64,000 nucleotides of DNA from Gammaproteobacteria bacterium. Its GTDB lineage: Bacteria > Pseudomonadota > Gammaproteobacteria > CAJXQU01. A program made the translations under genes and the position numbers. The notes beneath the pieces were generated by a model, which saw only the letters and a program-made list of their open reading frames with translations, ran no database searches and was not told where the DNA came from. Each line of letters opens with the position of its first letter. The stretch's first letter is position 1. Location of the stretch: the NCBI GenBank assembly GCA_965238175.1, contig CBDEGZ010000003.1:736001-800000 (forward strand), read 5' to 3'. This document shows, one piece after another, positions 29,248-39,914 of this stretch.

Positions 29248-29445
29248 TCATCAACCTACCTTAACACTTGAACTACTGTGACGACCGACACAACTGAAAC
29301 CAATACAGATCAACTCATTGAGAATCTCGTGAACGATTATAAAAGTAGTCTAATTCAATATGACAGCACTATAAGAATATTAGACTTCCCTGTAAACCAG
29401 GTGGCACGGGTATACTAAGTCACTTGAGTTTTGAGGTGGATAAAG

Positions 29446-29550
29446 ATGGAACATGAATTGAAACCTGATGTGCATGTAAAACCTTGTCCGCCGAGAGAAG
29501 TGCTCACTCTTTTATTAATCGGTAGACGGTTTAAAGTACGTCCCTGTTAA
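29446..29550 (+). CDS. Candidate small protein (34 aa)
   Basis: GAGGTGG RBS then MEHELKPDVHVKPCPPREVLTLLLIGRRFKVRPC*. Confidence 0.3.
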   Translation: MEHELKPDVHVKPCPPREVLTLLLIGRRFKVRPC

Positions 29551-31316
29551 TGGCGCATTTTAGGGTGAAATACACCTTGCTGATTCAAAATTTCTAATAG
29601 TTCATTAGCTTGAAGACTGTCACATGCATTAAGAATTTTTAATGCTTCTGATTCCAATTCATGTATTTCGCTTTGATTAATGATCCTTTTTATTTCGAGT
29701 AAAGAGGTTGGATGAACACTGAATTCTCGTAAGCCCAGCCCGAGTAGTAATTTAACAAATCGGGGTTCACCAGCCATCTCTCCACACATCGCAACAGGAA
29801 TGTTGTGTTGTTTCCCTGCCTGTATGGTCATATGGATCAATTTTAGAACGGCAGGGTTGAGAGGATCATAAAGATAATTAACTTCATCATTGACACGATC
29901 AATTGCCATCGCGTATTGGATCAAATCGTTAGTACCAATCGACAAGAAGTCTAAATATTGAGCAAAATTCTCAGCACAGATTGCAGCAGCAGGCACTTCA
30001 ATCATACCGCCGATTTTCAGTTCCGAATTAAATGGAATAGCGTTACTTAAAAATTCTTTTTTAATTTCATTGATAATCGATAATACTTCACGAATTTCCT
30101 GTATATTCGACAACATGGGAATCATTACGCGGATAGGATAATCTGCAGATACACGCAAGATTGCACGTATTTGTGGCTCAAACAGCATGGGTTCTTTTAA
30201 ACTGAGTCGAATTGCTCTTAAACCCAAGGCAGGATTAACCGACAAAGGTATTGTTCCTACTTCTGGAAGCATTGTTTTATCTGTACCGATATCCATTGTT
30301 CGCAGGGTTAGTGGTACATTACCAACGGACTCCATAACCTTTGTATAAGTCTCGTAATGTTCTTCTTCAGTCGGCGGTGTTTTCCGATTCATATAAAGAT
30401 GTTCTGTTCGATAGAGTCCAACCGCTTTCGCACCTACTTTTTCGACGGTTTGAAAGTCTTTTTCCAACTCGATATTTGCTTGTAGATTTATTTTGATTCC
30501 GTCTTGTGTAAGCGCCTCGGCTTCTTTGAGATCGATCAGTTCTTCTTGGTAATGAATTTCTTCTATAAGCTGCTGGAGATAGTCCGTCGTGATCGCATCA
30601 TCGGGATTGACTAGAACAACGCCTTCATTGGCATCAACAATCAACATGTCACCTTCAGTAATATAGCGTAGTCCACGTCGCAAACCGACGATGCTTGGAA
30701 TACCTAAACTACGAGCTAAAATGGCCGTATGTGATGTTGGCCCTCCATGTTCAATTACAAAAGCAGCGATCTTTTTATATTGCATCAACACCGTATCTGC
30801 AGGGCTCAAATCATCTGCCAATACGATATAGCCATCCATTTGACTATCAGGTTCTTCATGTACCTTCGCATCCTGATCGGTCAAAATCCATTGAACCCTG
30901 TTAACCACATGTTCAATATCATCTTTTCGGGTACGCAAATAGTCGTCTGCCATTTCATCGAATACAGCTATTAAAGCATCACGTTGTAATTTTAGAGCCC
31001 ATTCCGCATTACATTTTCGCTTGCGAATGATTTTGATCGGTTCTTTTTTCAGTGCTGGATCTTTTAACATCAACAAATGTGTATCGATAAAAGAAGCAAT
31101 ATTTTTGGGTGTATCTGACGGAATATGTTGGCTAATTGAACGAAGTTGTTTTCGTGCCTGTGTAAGGGCACTTTTAAAACGCTCTATCTCTTTTTCTAGA
31201 TTCTTCTCATTGATATGATATTCAGTAATTTCCTGCTGGTTACGTTCGATAATGTGAACTTTACCAATCGTAATACCACGCGAAACTCCAACACCTTGTA
31301 ATGAAAAGGTCGTCAC
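29547..31316 (-). CDS. ptsI: PTS enzyme I (no GAF domain)
   Basis: GPTSHTAILARS, GLYRTE, NPALGLR, MIEVP, SIGTNDL.QY, MCGEMAG. Confidence 0.95.
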   Translation of the reverse strand: MTTFSLQGVGVSRGITIGKVHIIERNQQEITEYHINEKNLEKEIERFKSALTQARKQLRSISQHIPSDTPKNIASFIDTHLLMLKDPALKKEPIKIIRKRKCNAEWALKLQRDALIAVFDEMADDYLRTRKDDIEHVVNRVQWILTDQDAKVHEEPDSQMDGYIVLADDLSPADTVLMQYKKIAAFVIEHGGPTSHTAILARSLGIPSIVGLRRGLRYITEGDMLIVDANEGVVLVNPDDAITTDYLQQLIEEIHYQEELIDLKEAEALTQDGIKINLQANIELEKDFQTVEKVGAKAVGLYRTEHLYMNRKTPPTEEEHYETYTKVMESVGNVPLTLRTMDIGTDKTMLPEVGTIPLSVNPALGLRAIRLSLKEPMLFEPQIRAILRVSADYPIRVMIPMLSNIQEIREVLSIINEIKKEFLSNAIPFNSELKIGGMIEVPAAAICAENFAQYLDFLSIGTNDLIQYAMAIDRVNDEVNYLYDPLNPAVLKLIHMTIQAGKQHNIPVAMCGEMAGEPRFVKLLLGLGLREFSVHPTSLLEIKRIINQSEIHELESEALKILNACDSLQANELLEILNQQGVFHPKMRH

Positions 31317-31597
31317 TCTTCTTCCTCAAAGCGATCATTGAACAGCTCTTCAAGTTGTTCAATAGCCAACGGTTCATCGTGACCGTCAGCGCTCAAAGTG
31401 ATTATTGTGCCTTTACTGGCAGCCAACATCATGACGCCCATAATACTTTTGCCATTAACGGTTTTTTGATCACCATTTTCCATTACACGATGGATCATGA
31501 TTTCACAATCAAAACGGGATGCAAGTTTGACTAACTTCGCTGCAGCTCTAGCATGCAAACCTAGCTTGTTAATTATTTTGATCTGAGATTCGATCAT
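31313..31597 (-). CDS. ptsH: HPr/NPr phosphocarrier
   Basis: GLHARAA (His15), NGKSIMGVMML (Ser46). Confidence 0.93.
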   Translation of the reverse strand: MIESQIKIINKLGLHARAAAKLVKLASRFDCEIMIHRVMENGDQKTVNGKSIMGVMMLAASKGTIITLSADGHDEPLAIEQLEELFNDRFEEEE

Positions 31598-31989
31598 AAG
31601 CCGTTTTTTACTTCAATCACACCAGCACTTCCTCCATCTAGCGCTTTCTGTGCAAGCAGGTTTAAATCTCGATCAGAATAGTTAAAGACTTTGATAAGCA
31701 TCGGTAAGTTTAAACCGGCTATAATGCGTAAATCAGGAAATGTGAGTAGGCGAGTAGCCACATTATTTGGTGTTGCACCATAGAGATCGGTTAGGACTAG
31801 AATGCCTTGGCCTGCGTCTAAATTCTTTGCGGCATGAAGGGATTGATCATAAATATTTTCAGGATCGCAATTCCAATCAGCTTCAATAACTTCAACAGCA
31901 GAGGGTAATATATTTGTAGCAGTTTTAGCGGTATCAAGTAGAACGTTTCCGAGATTACGATGAGTAATTAACAATAACCCAACGCTCAT
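31594..31989 (-). CDS. PTS EIIA, mannose class
   Basis: LLITH, LTDLYGATP.N, GLNLPML. Confidence 0.9.
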   Translation of the reverse strand: MSVGLLLITHRNLGNVLLDTAKTATNILPSAVEVIEADWNCDPENIYDQSLHAAKNLDAGQGILVLTDLYGATPNNVATRLLTFPDLRIIAGLNLPMLIKVFNYSDRDLNLLAQKALDGGSAGVIEVKNGL

Positions 31990-32900
31990 AAATGCATATC
32001 TCGGTGTGTCGCGAGAATATCTTTATCTTTACTGACGAAATAATCAGCAACTCTTTCTACCATATATACTGATCTGTGATGGCCGCCGGTACAACCAATA
32101 GCAATGGTCAAATAACTACGATCGTCTTTTTCATAACGCGGGATCCAAGAGTCAAAAAAAGCGATTAACTCATTGCACATTTCCAACACCATAGGATATT
32201 TTTCAAGGTAATTGATGACCTCTAAATCACGACCAGTGAAGTCTCGAAGATTAATATCCCAATATGGGTTCGGCAGACAACGAATATCGAATATAAAATC
32301 AGCATCAGGAGGCGCGCCATATTTGAACCCGAAAGACATAATGTGTATTGATAAGGTTCCGGCCTTTTTTCGTGCTACTCTTTCCCGAACTTGCTCTCGA
32401 AGTTGGTGAATATTGGTATGGCTGGTATCGATCTTCAGGCTAGAAAAATCTAAAAGTGGTTCAAGTATGCGGCGCTCTCGTGAAATAGCTTCTGCCAATG
32501 AGACACTTTCACTTGAAAGTGGATGTCGTCTGCGTGTTTCACTAAAACGTTTTATTAAGACATTGTCTTCAGCACTGACAAATACCTGTTCTATTTCAAA
32601 ACCGGATGCACGCAGGTCTTCTATCACTTTAGGAAATTGGGATAAATCTTCAGCAGGGTTTCTGGCATCTATTCCAATCGCTACACGCGAGTATGTTTTA
32701 CCTCCATCCTTACGGATCTGGCCCGCAAATTCAAGAAGGAGGTTTACAGGTAAATTATCAATGCAATAGAATCCAAGATCGTCAAGTGCATGGAGAACCA
32801 CAGATTTCCCCGCACCTGACATACCTGTCAGAATAATCAGTCGTTTTGCTCTTTGATTTATCACAATGATTCGTTCTCCATCATTTGATGTTGGCGACAC
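31986..32900 (-). CDS. rapZ: RNase adapter RapZ
   Basis: TGMSGAGKS, DNLP, ETRRRHPL, SFGFKYG, R.LPNPYW, GCTGGHHRSV. Confidence 0.95.
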   Translation of the reverse strand: MSPTSNDGERIIVINQRAKRLIILTGMSGAGKSVVLHALDDLGFYCIDNLPVNLLLEFAGQIRKDGGKTYSRVAIGIDARNPAEDLSQFPKVIEDLRASGFEIEQVFVSAEDNVLIKRFSETRRRHPLSSESVSLAEAISRERRILEPLLDFSSLKIDTSHTNIHQLREQVRERVARKKAGTLSIHIMSFGFKYGAPPDADFIFDIRCLPNPYWDINLRDFTGRDLEVINYLEKYPMVLEMCNELIAFFDSWIPRYEKDDRSYLTIAIGCTGGHHRSVYMVERVADYFVSKDKDILATHRDMHL

Positions 32901-33880
32901 ATAAAGTCTTCTGTGGAATTATAGCCGCTTAATCGTAAGATATGATTACGTGTTGCACATTCTACCAACACAGCTAAATTTCGACCTGGTGCAACAGGTA
33001 AAGTAATTTCCGGGATATCTAAACCCAGGATATTAACAGAACAGTAACTTCCTTCTAGTCGATCAACACCTTTCATTCGATCACTGTCTAGACGTTCCAG
33101 ACGGATAATTAAACGCAAAAATTTATGTTGTTTAACTGCCCCTGAACCAAATAATTCACGTACATTGATAACACCTAACCCACGAACTTCAAGAAAATTA
33201 GTCAAGGCATTAGGACAAGTTCCATTAATAGTATCAGGAGCAATTCTTTTGAATTCTGGTGCATCATCAGCTATCAACCTATGCCCTCTTGTTATCAACT
33301 CTACTGCTAATTCACTTTTCCCTACCCCACTTTCACCAACAATTAAGACACCAATGGTGACGATTTCCATGAAAACACCGTGAATGGTTGAAACTTCGGT
33401 TAGTACGTTCGATAGGTAATAATATAGATCGCCAATCAATTTGTTACTTGATCTTTTAGATGAGATCAACGGGATCTGCATTTGGTCACAAAGATCCACA
33501 AGTAATGGGGGTGCTTCTTGTCGTTCTGCAAGAATGATCAAATCGGGCTCTAAACCCATTAATTTTTTGATAGCCTCTTCTTTGGAAATTGATCTTAATT
33601 CGTTTAGATAGCTGATTTCTGTTTTACCCAGAACTTGGATTTGGTTTGGATGAATCAAATTAAAATGGCCGATTAAAGATTTATTCGGCGATAACTCTAT
33701 TAAGGTATCTGTAGAAGTTTGAGTGGCCTCAAGATCATCAACAACACCTCTCACATCATCTGACAGGGAATCAAGAAGAGATATTTTTCTAGTTCCACCA
33801 ATACGGCCAGCTTGCCATCGTAAACTAAGCTCGGCTGCATGACTCTCAAACAATTTATTGACAGTAATATGCGAAGCCAT
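32861..33880 (-). CDS. hprK: HPr kinase/phosphorylase
   Basis: HGVF, GESGVGKSE, RGHRLIADD, LEVRGLG, PGRNLA. Confidence 0.95.
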   Translation of the reverse strand: MASHITVNKLFESHAAELSLRWQAGRIGGTRKISLLDSLSDDVRGVVDDLEATQTSTDTLIELSPNKSLIGHFNLIHPNQIQVLGKTEISYLNELRSISKEEAIKKLMGLEPDLIILAERQEAPPLLVDLCDQMQIPLISSKRSSNKLIGDLYYYLSNVLTEVSTIHGVFMEIVTIGVLIVGESGVGKSELAVELITRGHRLIADDAPEFKRIAPDTINGTCPNALTNFLEVRGLGVINVRELFGSGAVKQHKFLRLIIRLERLDSDRMKGVDRLEGSYCSVNILGLDIPEITLPVAPGRNLAVLVECATRNHILRLSGYNSTEDFMCRQHQMMENESL

Positions 33881-33937
33881 AGCCAGGAACCCCTAATTAA
33901 AAGTTCTTATATTCAATAGTATCGACCATACTGTAGA

Positions 33938-34393
33938 TCAGATCATACCTTCCGTCAGCATTGTCCAAATAATATTTGGATCTTGTTGAGTTCGTAGTTT
34001 GCCAAGAAATATGTCATTGCTAAACATTTCTACGAGCTGCGCAAGTATTTTCAAATGCTCATCCGTAGAATTTTCAGGTACTAACAATACAAAAAACATA
34101 TCCACAGGGAGATTATCGATCGCATCAAAATCTATACCCTGGCTTAGCCGTAAAAAGGTGGCCGTTGTCTTTGAAAGACCAGGCATTCTCGCATGCGGTA
34201 TCGCAATACCATTGCCAAGTCCGGTGCTTCCTAAACGTTCACGACCAAGTAATCCTTCAAAAATTTCAACACTGCTAAACTCGGAAATATGAGGTTCTAG
34301 TGCTTCAGATAGATGATCAAGAACAGCCTTTTTACTATTGAAATTTGCACCTAGTTCGATACAAGTTTCTGGGAGAATATTTTTCACTTTCAT
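33938..34393 (-). CDS. ptsN: PTS EIIA-Ntr
   Basis: RERLGSTGLG.GIAIPH, FDAID..PVD, HL. Confidence 0.92.
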   Translation of the reverse strand: MKVKNILPETCIELGANFNSKKAVLDHLSEALEPHISEFSSVEIFEGLLGRERLGSTGLGNGIAIPHARMPGLSKTTATFLRLSQGIDFDAIDNLPVDMFFVLLVPENSTDEHLKILAQLVEMFSNDIFLGKLRTQQDPNIIWTMLTEGMI

Positions 34394-34425
34394 TTAAATC
34401 GATCAACAACTTGAATTATAATTGT

Positions 34426-34752
34426 CTACTCAGGGTTATCTTCCCAATTTTCACGATGACCTCGATGATGATCTTTTAATTTTTCTTTATGTTTTATGAT
34501 CTGTCTGTCTAACTTATCTACTAATGCATCTATTGCTGCATACATATCTTCACTCTCAGCCTCAGCATGGATATCAGCGCCCGCCAAATGTATATTTGCT
34601 TCTGCCTTTTGTCTTTGCTTTACAACTTCGAGAACAACTTCGATTTTTGTCATATTATCGAAATGTCGTTCCATTTTTTCGCATTTGGTTTCTACATAAT
34701 TCCTCAGTGAATCGGTAATATTAATGTGATGGCCACTAAGATTTACTTGCAT
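34426..34752 (-). CDS. hpf: Ribosome hibernation promoting factor
   Basis: DMYAAID.LVDKLDRQ; position after rpoN. Confidence 0.93.
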   Translation of the reverse strand: MQVNLSGHHINITDSLRNYVETKCEKMERHFDNMTKIEVVLEVVKQRQKAEANIHLAGADIHAEAESEDMYAAIDALVDKLDRQIIKHKEKLKDHHRGHRENWEDNPE

Positions 34753-34842
34753 AGATAACTCCTTCTATTTTGGATGTACCCCTCACTCATTGCGAGCGAT
34801 GGAAATAAACGCCTGAGCTCGATTTTTTCTTAAAAATACTAT

Positions 34843-36336
34843 CTAAACCAAGCGTTTGCGTTCGTTTGATGGTGGAATTGACATGGATTCCCTGTATTTA
34901 GCTACTGTTCTTCTCGCAACTTTTATGCCTTTTTCTACTAATAGATTTGCAACTTTACTATCACTCAGTGGTTTTGTTGCATTTTCTTCAGCAATCAGCT
35001 TTTTGATTACCGCTCTAATTGCCGTCGATGAGCATTCACCACCCATTGTAGTACTGACATGGCTTGAGAAAAAATATTTAAGCTCAAAAATACCACGTGG
35101 TGTGTGCATATATTTTCGTGTGGTTACACGAGAAATTGTGGATTCATGCATACTTAATGCTTCAGCAATATCATGCAACACTAGCGGTTTCATTGCTTCC
35201 TCACCGTATTCAAGAAAAGCTCTCTGTCGCTCGACAATATTGGTAGCCACTTTTAATAGCGTTTCACTACGACTTTGCAAGCTTTTTATAAACCAACGTG
35301 CTTCTTGTAAATGCGCTTTAAGTGATGCGTTATCAGGGCTGTTATCAGCTCTCTTTATCATGCCAGAGTATAACGAGTTTACTCGTAAACTGGGTACTGC
35401 ATCCGGGTTCAATTCAACCTGCCAGACACCTTTGTGCTTTCGGACATAAACATCAGGCACAACATACTCGGTATCTGATTCTGCCAAGTGAGAACCGGGC
35501 CGAGGGTTCATGGACTGGATTAACATTTCCACTTGCAACAAGGCTTCAGTATCCAGTTTCATACTTTTGCGTAATTGGGTGTAATCATGAGATGCCAACA
35601 AATCGAGATGTTCCGAGACAAGTTTTGTAGCCTCCTCTAACCATGCTGTGCCTTTATCCAATTCTCGAAGCTGCAATAACAAGCATTCACGTAGATCTCG
35701 AGCGCCTACTCCCGCTGGATCCAAAGAGTGCACATGGCCAAGTACCGCTTCAATTTCATCGTCATCTACTTCAAGATCAGAATCCATGACTAAGGTTTGA
35801 AGTATTTCCTCAAATGAGGCTGTCAGGTAGCCGTCTTTATCAATTGCATCGATAATCGCAAGTCCAATAGCCTTATCTTTTTCATTGAGAATGGACATAT
35901 TGATCTGCCATTCAAGATGTTCTGTCAAACTTTCAACTTTTGCGTTTCGAAGGTTTTCGTAATCCTGTCCGGAATATTCATTTGCAGAAGACGACAGTGA
36001 AGTTGTCGCATCGTAAGTATCTTCCCAGTCGCTATCGACTGCGAGTTCTTCAGGAATGTCTTCTTTACCGACTTCTCGGTCGGGAGTTTGGGTTTCAGCT
36101 GTATTTTGAGGATCGGCTTGTTCAGTTTCACTGTTCGTTTTTTGGTCAGCAGAATCAGATGCGTTGTTACCTGTACCGTCATCCTCATCTATTTCCAGCA
36201 TCATATTGGATTCAAGCACCTGCTGAACTTCCACACTCAGCTCCATAGTAGACAATTGCAGCAGCTTGATCGCTTGTTGCAATTGAGGCGTCATCGTTAG
36301 ACTTTGCCCAAGTCGGAGTTGTATTGCTTGTTTCAT
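34843..36336 (-). CDS. rpoN: RNA polymerase sigma-54
   Basis: [30 protein letters not shown] RpoN box. Confidence 0.98.
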   Translation of the reverse strand: MKQAIQLRLGQSLTMTPQLQQAIKLLQLSTMELSVEVQQVLESNMMLEIDEDDGTGNNASDSADQKTNSETEQADPQNTAETQTPDREVGKEDIPEELAVDSDWEDTYDATTSLSSSANEYSGQDYENLRNAKVESLTEHLEWQINMSILNEKDKAIGLAIIDAIDKDGYLTASFEEILQTLVMDSDLEVDDDEIEAVLGHVHSLDPAGVGARDLRECLLLQLRELDKGTAWLEEATKLVSEHLDLLASHDYTQLRKSMKLDTEALLQVEMLIQSMNPRPGSHLAESDTEYVVPDVYVRKHKGVWQVELNPDAVPSLRVNSLYSGMIKRADNSPDNASLKAHLQEARWFIKSLQSRSETLLKVATNIVERQRAFLEYGEEAMKPLVLHDIAEALSMHESTISRVTTRKYMHTPRGIFELKYFFSSHVSTTMGGECSSTAIRAVIKKLIAEENATKPLSDSKVANLLVEKGIKVARRTVAKYRESMSIPPSNERKRLV

Positions 36337-36524
36337 AATTTCAGATAAAACAGATCCTTAATCATGATCAATTATTGATCAGAATTTTAAATTTGTACGA
36401 ATAGGAATCTTTCCCCTGTAGAATACTCACTACTATCTGTATTTTATACTAAGTTCAAAAAGATAGCAGAGTATTCTCATGTACTTTTGTTAAAAATGAC
36501 TTCCAGCCTTCGTAATTGTTTTGT

Positions 36525-37250
36525 TTAAATCGTAAAATCATCACCAAGATACACTTTACGAACTTGCTCATTTACCAAAATCTCATCCGTACTTCCTGAA
36601 GCGATAATTCTACCATCACTCACTATATAAGCACGGTCACAAATTCCCAATGTTTCTTTGACATTATGATCGGTTATCAATACACCTATTCCACGATCTT
36701 TCAGGTGATTTATGATGTGTTTAATATCCGTTACAGAAATAGGATCTACGCCTGCGAAAGGTTCATCCAATAATATAAACTCAGGTTCACTGGCAAGTGC
36801 TCTCGCAATTTCGATTCTCCTCCTCTCACCACCCGATAAACTTCCACCCAAGGTATCTCTTACATGAGTGATATGAAATTCCCGCATCAACCCTTCGGCA
36901 AGTCGCTGCCTTTCCATTTCACCAAGCTCACGACGAACTTCTAATACTGCAAGAAGATTCTCTTCGACCGTTAATTTTCGAAAAACTGAGGCATCTTGTG
37001 GCAGATATCCTAACCCTAAACGCGCTCTTTCTTCTGTGGCAAGCGGGGTGATATCGATTCCATTTAACTTGATTATCCCATTTTCTACGGCAATCAGACC
37101 CACAATCATTCTAAAACTGGTCGTTTTGCCTGCACCGTTAGGACCAAGTAATCCAACCACTTCTCCAGCAGAAAGCTCTAAACTGACATCCTTGACAACC
37201 TGACGTGCACGATAACTCTTGGTCAGGTTTTTAACCGACAAAAGGCCCAT
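36525..37250 (-). CDS. lptB: LPS export ATPase
   Basis: [35 protein letters not shown]. Confidence 0.96.
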   Translation of the reverse strand: MGLLSVKNLTKSYRARQVVKDVSLELSAGEVVGLLGPNGAGKTTSFRMIVGLIAVENGIIKLNGIDITPLATEERARLGLGYLPQDASVFRKLTVEENLLAVLEVRRELGEMERQRLAEGLMREFHITHVRDTLGGSLSGGERRRIEIARALASEPEFILLDEPFAGVDPISVTDIKHIINHLKDRGIGVLITDHNVKETLGICDRAYIVSDGRIIASGSTDEILVNEQVRKVYLGDDFTI

Positions 37251-37261
37251 AAATTACCAGT

Positions 37262-37834
37262 CTAATTTTTCTTCTTAGGTGGCAAAATCACCCTGATACG
37301 GCCTGCATTATTATCCGCACTTTTCCCTGATGGTGTATGCTCTCCGGAAACCGCTTTTCGTGCGATCATTTTACTCTTTTCGGTATCGTATTCGATATTA
37401 TAGGCCTTAAACAATTTTCCATTCTGGAGTAACTCTGCGTCTTCAGTCAAAATTAATTTATTATCTGCCGCAAGATAATCTATTTTGATACCCTTACCAT
37501 CTATATCGCCTTTTTCCTGTTCATCAGGTGTTTGCTTGAAAGAGGCTGGATACCCTAGCATAGTCGCTGTCTTTAATGTGTTGTCATCATTGTAAATGAG
37601 GGTGAAACGTTCTCCATGGAGCGTCATAGATCCTTGAATAACAACTACATTGCCTGAATATACAGTTATCCCACTTTTATCATCTAGTTCTGCTGCATCA
37701 GCTTCAATCTTGATTGGCTGCTCTTGATCGGTTGATAAAGCCATCACCTCCGTGAAACCGATTAAACTTAACGTCAAAATTGTCTTTAAAATTATTTTTA
37801 AAATACACCCTTTAGCGTTTAGGCGAATTATCAT
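37262..37834 (-). CDS. lptA: LPS transport periplasmic protein
   Basis: AL.TD.EQPI.IEAD, GNV...QG, GRIRVILPP. Confidence 0.9.
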   Translation of the reverse strand: MIIRLNAKGCILKIILKTILTLSLIGFTEVMALSTDQEQPIKIEADAAELDDKSGITVYSGNVVVIQGSMTLHGERFTLIYNDDNTLKTATMLGYPASFKQTPDEQEKGDIDGKGIKIDYLAADNKLILTEDAELLQNGKLFKAYNIEYDTEKSKMIARKAVSGEHTPSGKSADNNAGRIRVILPPKKKN

Positions 37835-38390
37835 AATGTCCCCTTACATCTTTGAGTAGTTTTAGATTTTGTTTCTCAAAATTGGCCTGCATTCCAACCG
37901 CTGTAACTTGAGTCTGACCTTGAATCATCATCACAAAATTGGATGTTTCTGCGTAATCTCCTTTTAGCAAAATTTTTAGATCCGTGGTGATCACTTCCAT
38001 ATCTTTTGCGATGTCAGGGTTCGCTCCTTCTTTATCACGCCAAATATATACTTTTCCGTATAAAAATAACTTCTCGCCATCACCACTTAACCAACCATTT
38101 TCCGCAGTTACGTGTATAGGTAACGTCTCATCTTTGTTATAGATCTGAATAACCGGTCTTTCTAACTCTACACTACCATCAAGTGGAAAATGTTTCATCA
38201 GGTCAGCATCTAGTTGTGTCTTAAGTTTACCGTTTTCATCCATGTCTGTGCGACGGAAATCCCACATGATTGAATCTGGCTCTCCCCGATCTTTTACCTT
38301 TACTACATCTTCTTCTTGTAAGGAGTTTTGAATCCAACTTGTCAATACTAGTAGAAGCAATAAAACAAAAACTGTTATCCAGCGGATCAC
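37812..38390 (-). CDS. lptC: LPS export protein
   Basis: Single TM plus jellyroll domain; between kdsC and lptA; L.LLKDVRG.Y. Confidence 0.85.
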   Translation of the reverse strand: MIRWITVFVLLLLLVLTSWIQNSLQEEDVVKVKDRGEPDSIMWDFRRTDMDENGKLKTQLDADLMKHFPLDGSVELERPVIQIYNKDETLPIHVTAENGWLSGDGEKLFLYGKVYIWRDKEGANPDIAKDMEVITTDLKILLKGDYAETSNFVMMIQGQTQVTAVGMQANFEKQNLKLLKDVRGHYDNSPKR

Positions 38391-38393
38391 AAA

Positions 38394-38927
38394 TTAATCC
38401 AACAGTTTTTTATACAGTGGTTCCAATAAGCCCTGAGCATCCATGATCAAATCACAAACCTCTCTTACCGCACCTCGCCCACCACAGCGTTTCGTGGTCA
38501 AATCAGCGTGTTGTTGAACGAACTCATGTGCATCGGCCACAGTAATGCCTAAAGCGACATGTTTGATCACGGGTAAATCAGGTAAATCATCACCCATATA
38601 AGCCGCTTGCTCCGCTGTGAAGCTTGTATCAGACAAGATTTTTTCGAACACAGTTAGTTTATCGCTGACTCCTTGATAAACATGATGAATACCTAACTCG
38701 CGCATTCTCTCTTCGACAATTGAAGACGATCTGCCTGTAATTATCGCCAACTCAAAACCGGCTTTTAATAGCATTACCAAGCCCTGCCCATCTTGTGTAT
38801 AAAAGGTTTTGAATTCTTCGCCTTTATCCCCCAAGATTAATCGGCCATCACTCAATATCCCATCAACATCGAAAGCGATTAATTTGATCTTTTTGGCACG
38901 CTGGGTTATCTCTTGTGACACTTTCAC
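38394..38927 (-). CDS. kdsC: KDO-8-phosphate phosphatase
   Basis: FDVDGILSDG, ITGRSS, GDDLPD, GG.GAVRE. Confidence 0.95.
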   Translation of the reverse strand: MKVSQEITQRAKKIKLIAFDVDGILSDGRLILGDKGEEFKTFYTQDGQGLVMLLKAGFELAIITGRSSSIVEERMRELGIHHVYQGVSDKLTVFEKILSDTSFTAEQAAYMGDDLPDLPVIKHVALGITVADAHEFVQQHADLTTKRCGGRGAVREVCDLIMDAQGLLEPLYKKLLD

Positions 38928-39910
38928 TAAATAACCCCAGCACGTAATAAATCATGCATGTTTAAAACACCCTTGAGAGTTTGATCTTGATCAACGACAA
39001 CGAGTGCATTAATCCTCTTTTCTTGCATCAGTCTTAATGCTTCTGCTGCTAACATTTCTGCAGCGATTTTAGTTCCTCCACTGGTCATCACTTCACCCAT
39101 TTGTACTTTATGGACATCAACACCCTTATCCAGTGCTCGGCGTAAATCACCATCTGTAAAAATTCCCAAAATCCTTTTTTGATCATCAACAATAGTTGTC
39201 ATCCCTAATCCCTTAGCTGACATTTCAACCAACGCATCTGCAAGTGACGTCTGCTCACTTACCATCGGGATCGCTTGATCGGTATGAATTACATCACCCA
39301 CACGCAATAATAACTTCTTACCTAAAGAACCACCGGGGTGTGACAGTGCAAAATCATCTTCACTAAAACCACGTTCTTCTAATAAGGCAATTGCCAGAGC
39401 ATCACCCATTGCTAATGCAGCCGTTGTACTTGATGTTGGAGCTAACCCCATAGGACAGGCTTCTTTTTCGACACTGACATCAAGGTGTGTGTCTGCCGTC
39501 TGTGCTAGAGTCGAACTCGGATTACCAGTTAATGCGATCAAAGGAACCGCAAGCCTTTTGATCAATGGTAATAAAACCGAAATTTCTTGAGTTTCTCCTG
39601 AATTCGAAATCGCTAATACAACGTCCTGCGCGACTATCATCCCCATATCACCATGACTGGCTTCACCGGGGTGAACAAAAAAAGCAGGGGTTCCTGTACT
39701 GGCAAGTGTTGCTGCGATCTTACTACCGATATGGCCAGACTTTCCCATCCCGAGAACAACAACCCTGCCTTTACATTCAAGCATGTGCTGGCATGCTCGA
39801 ACGAAGCTATCATCCATCCGTTTTGCAAGATCTTTTAATGCATCTGCTTCTGTTTCTATCACGGCATAGCCCAGAGAAAGTAGGCGTTTTTCCTTATCTT
39901 TTAGCGTCAT
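38927..39910 (-). CDS. kdsD: Arabinose-5-phosphate isomerase
   Basis: GMGKSGHIG, HPGEASHGD, EACP.GLAPTSST, HPGG.LG; CBS pair. Confidence 0.96.
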   Translation of the reverse strand: MTLKDKEKRLLSLGYAVIETEADALKDLAKRMDDSFVRACQHMLECKGRVVVLGMGKSGHIGSKIAATLASTGTPAFFVHPGEASHGDMGMIVAQDVVLAISNSGETQEISVLLPLIKRLAVPLIALTGNPSSTLAQTADTHLDVSVEKEACPMGLAPTSSTTAALAMGDALAIALLEERGFSEDDFALSHPGGSLGKKLLLRVGDVIHTDQAIPMVSEQTSLADALVEMSAKGLGMTTIVDDQKRILGIFTDGDLRRALDKGVDVHKVQMGEVMTSGGTKIAAEMLAAEALRLMQEKRINALVVVDQDQTLKGVLNMHDLLRAGVI

Positions 39911-39914
39911 AAAA

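Noticed and set aside
29402-29417. TGGCACG as a sigma-54 promoter
   Set aside because: No GC at the -12 position (reads CT).
34856-35449. 197-aa antisense ORF in rpoN, and similar antisense ORFs in kdsD, ilvA and the HD-GYP gene
   Set aside because: Typical codon-bias shadows of conserved genes.
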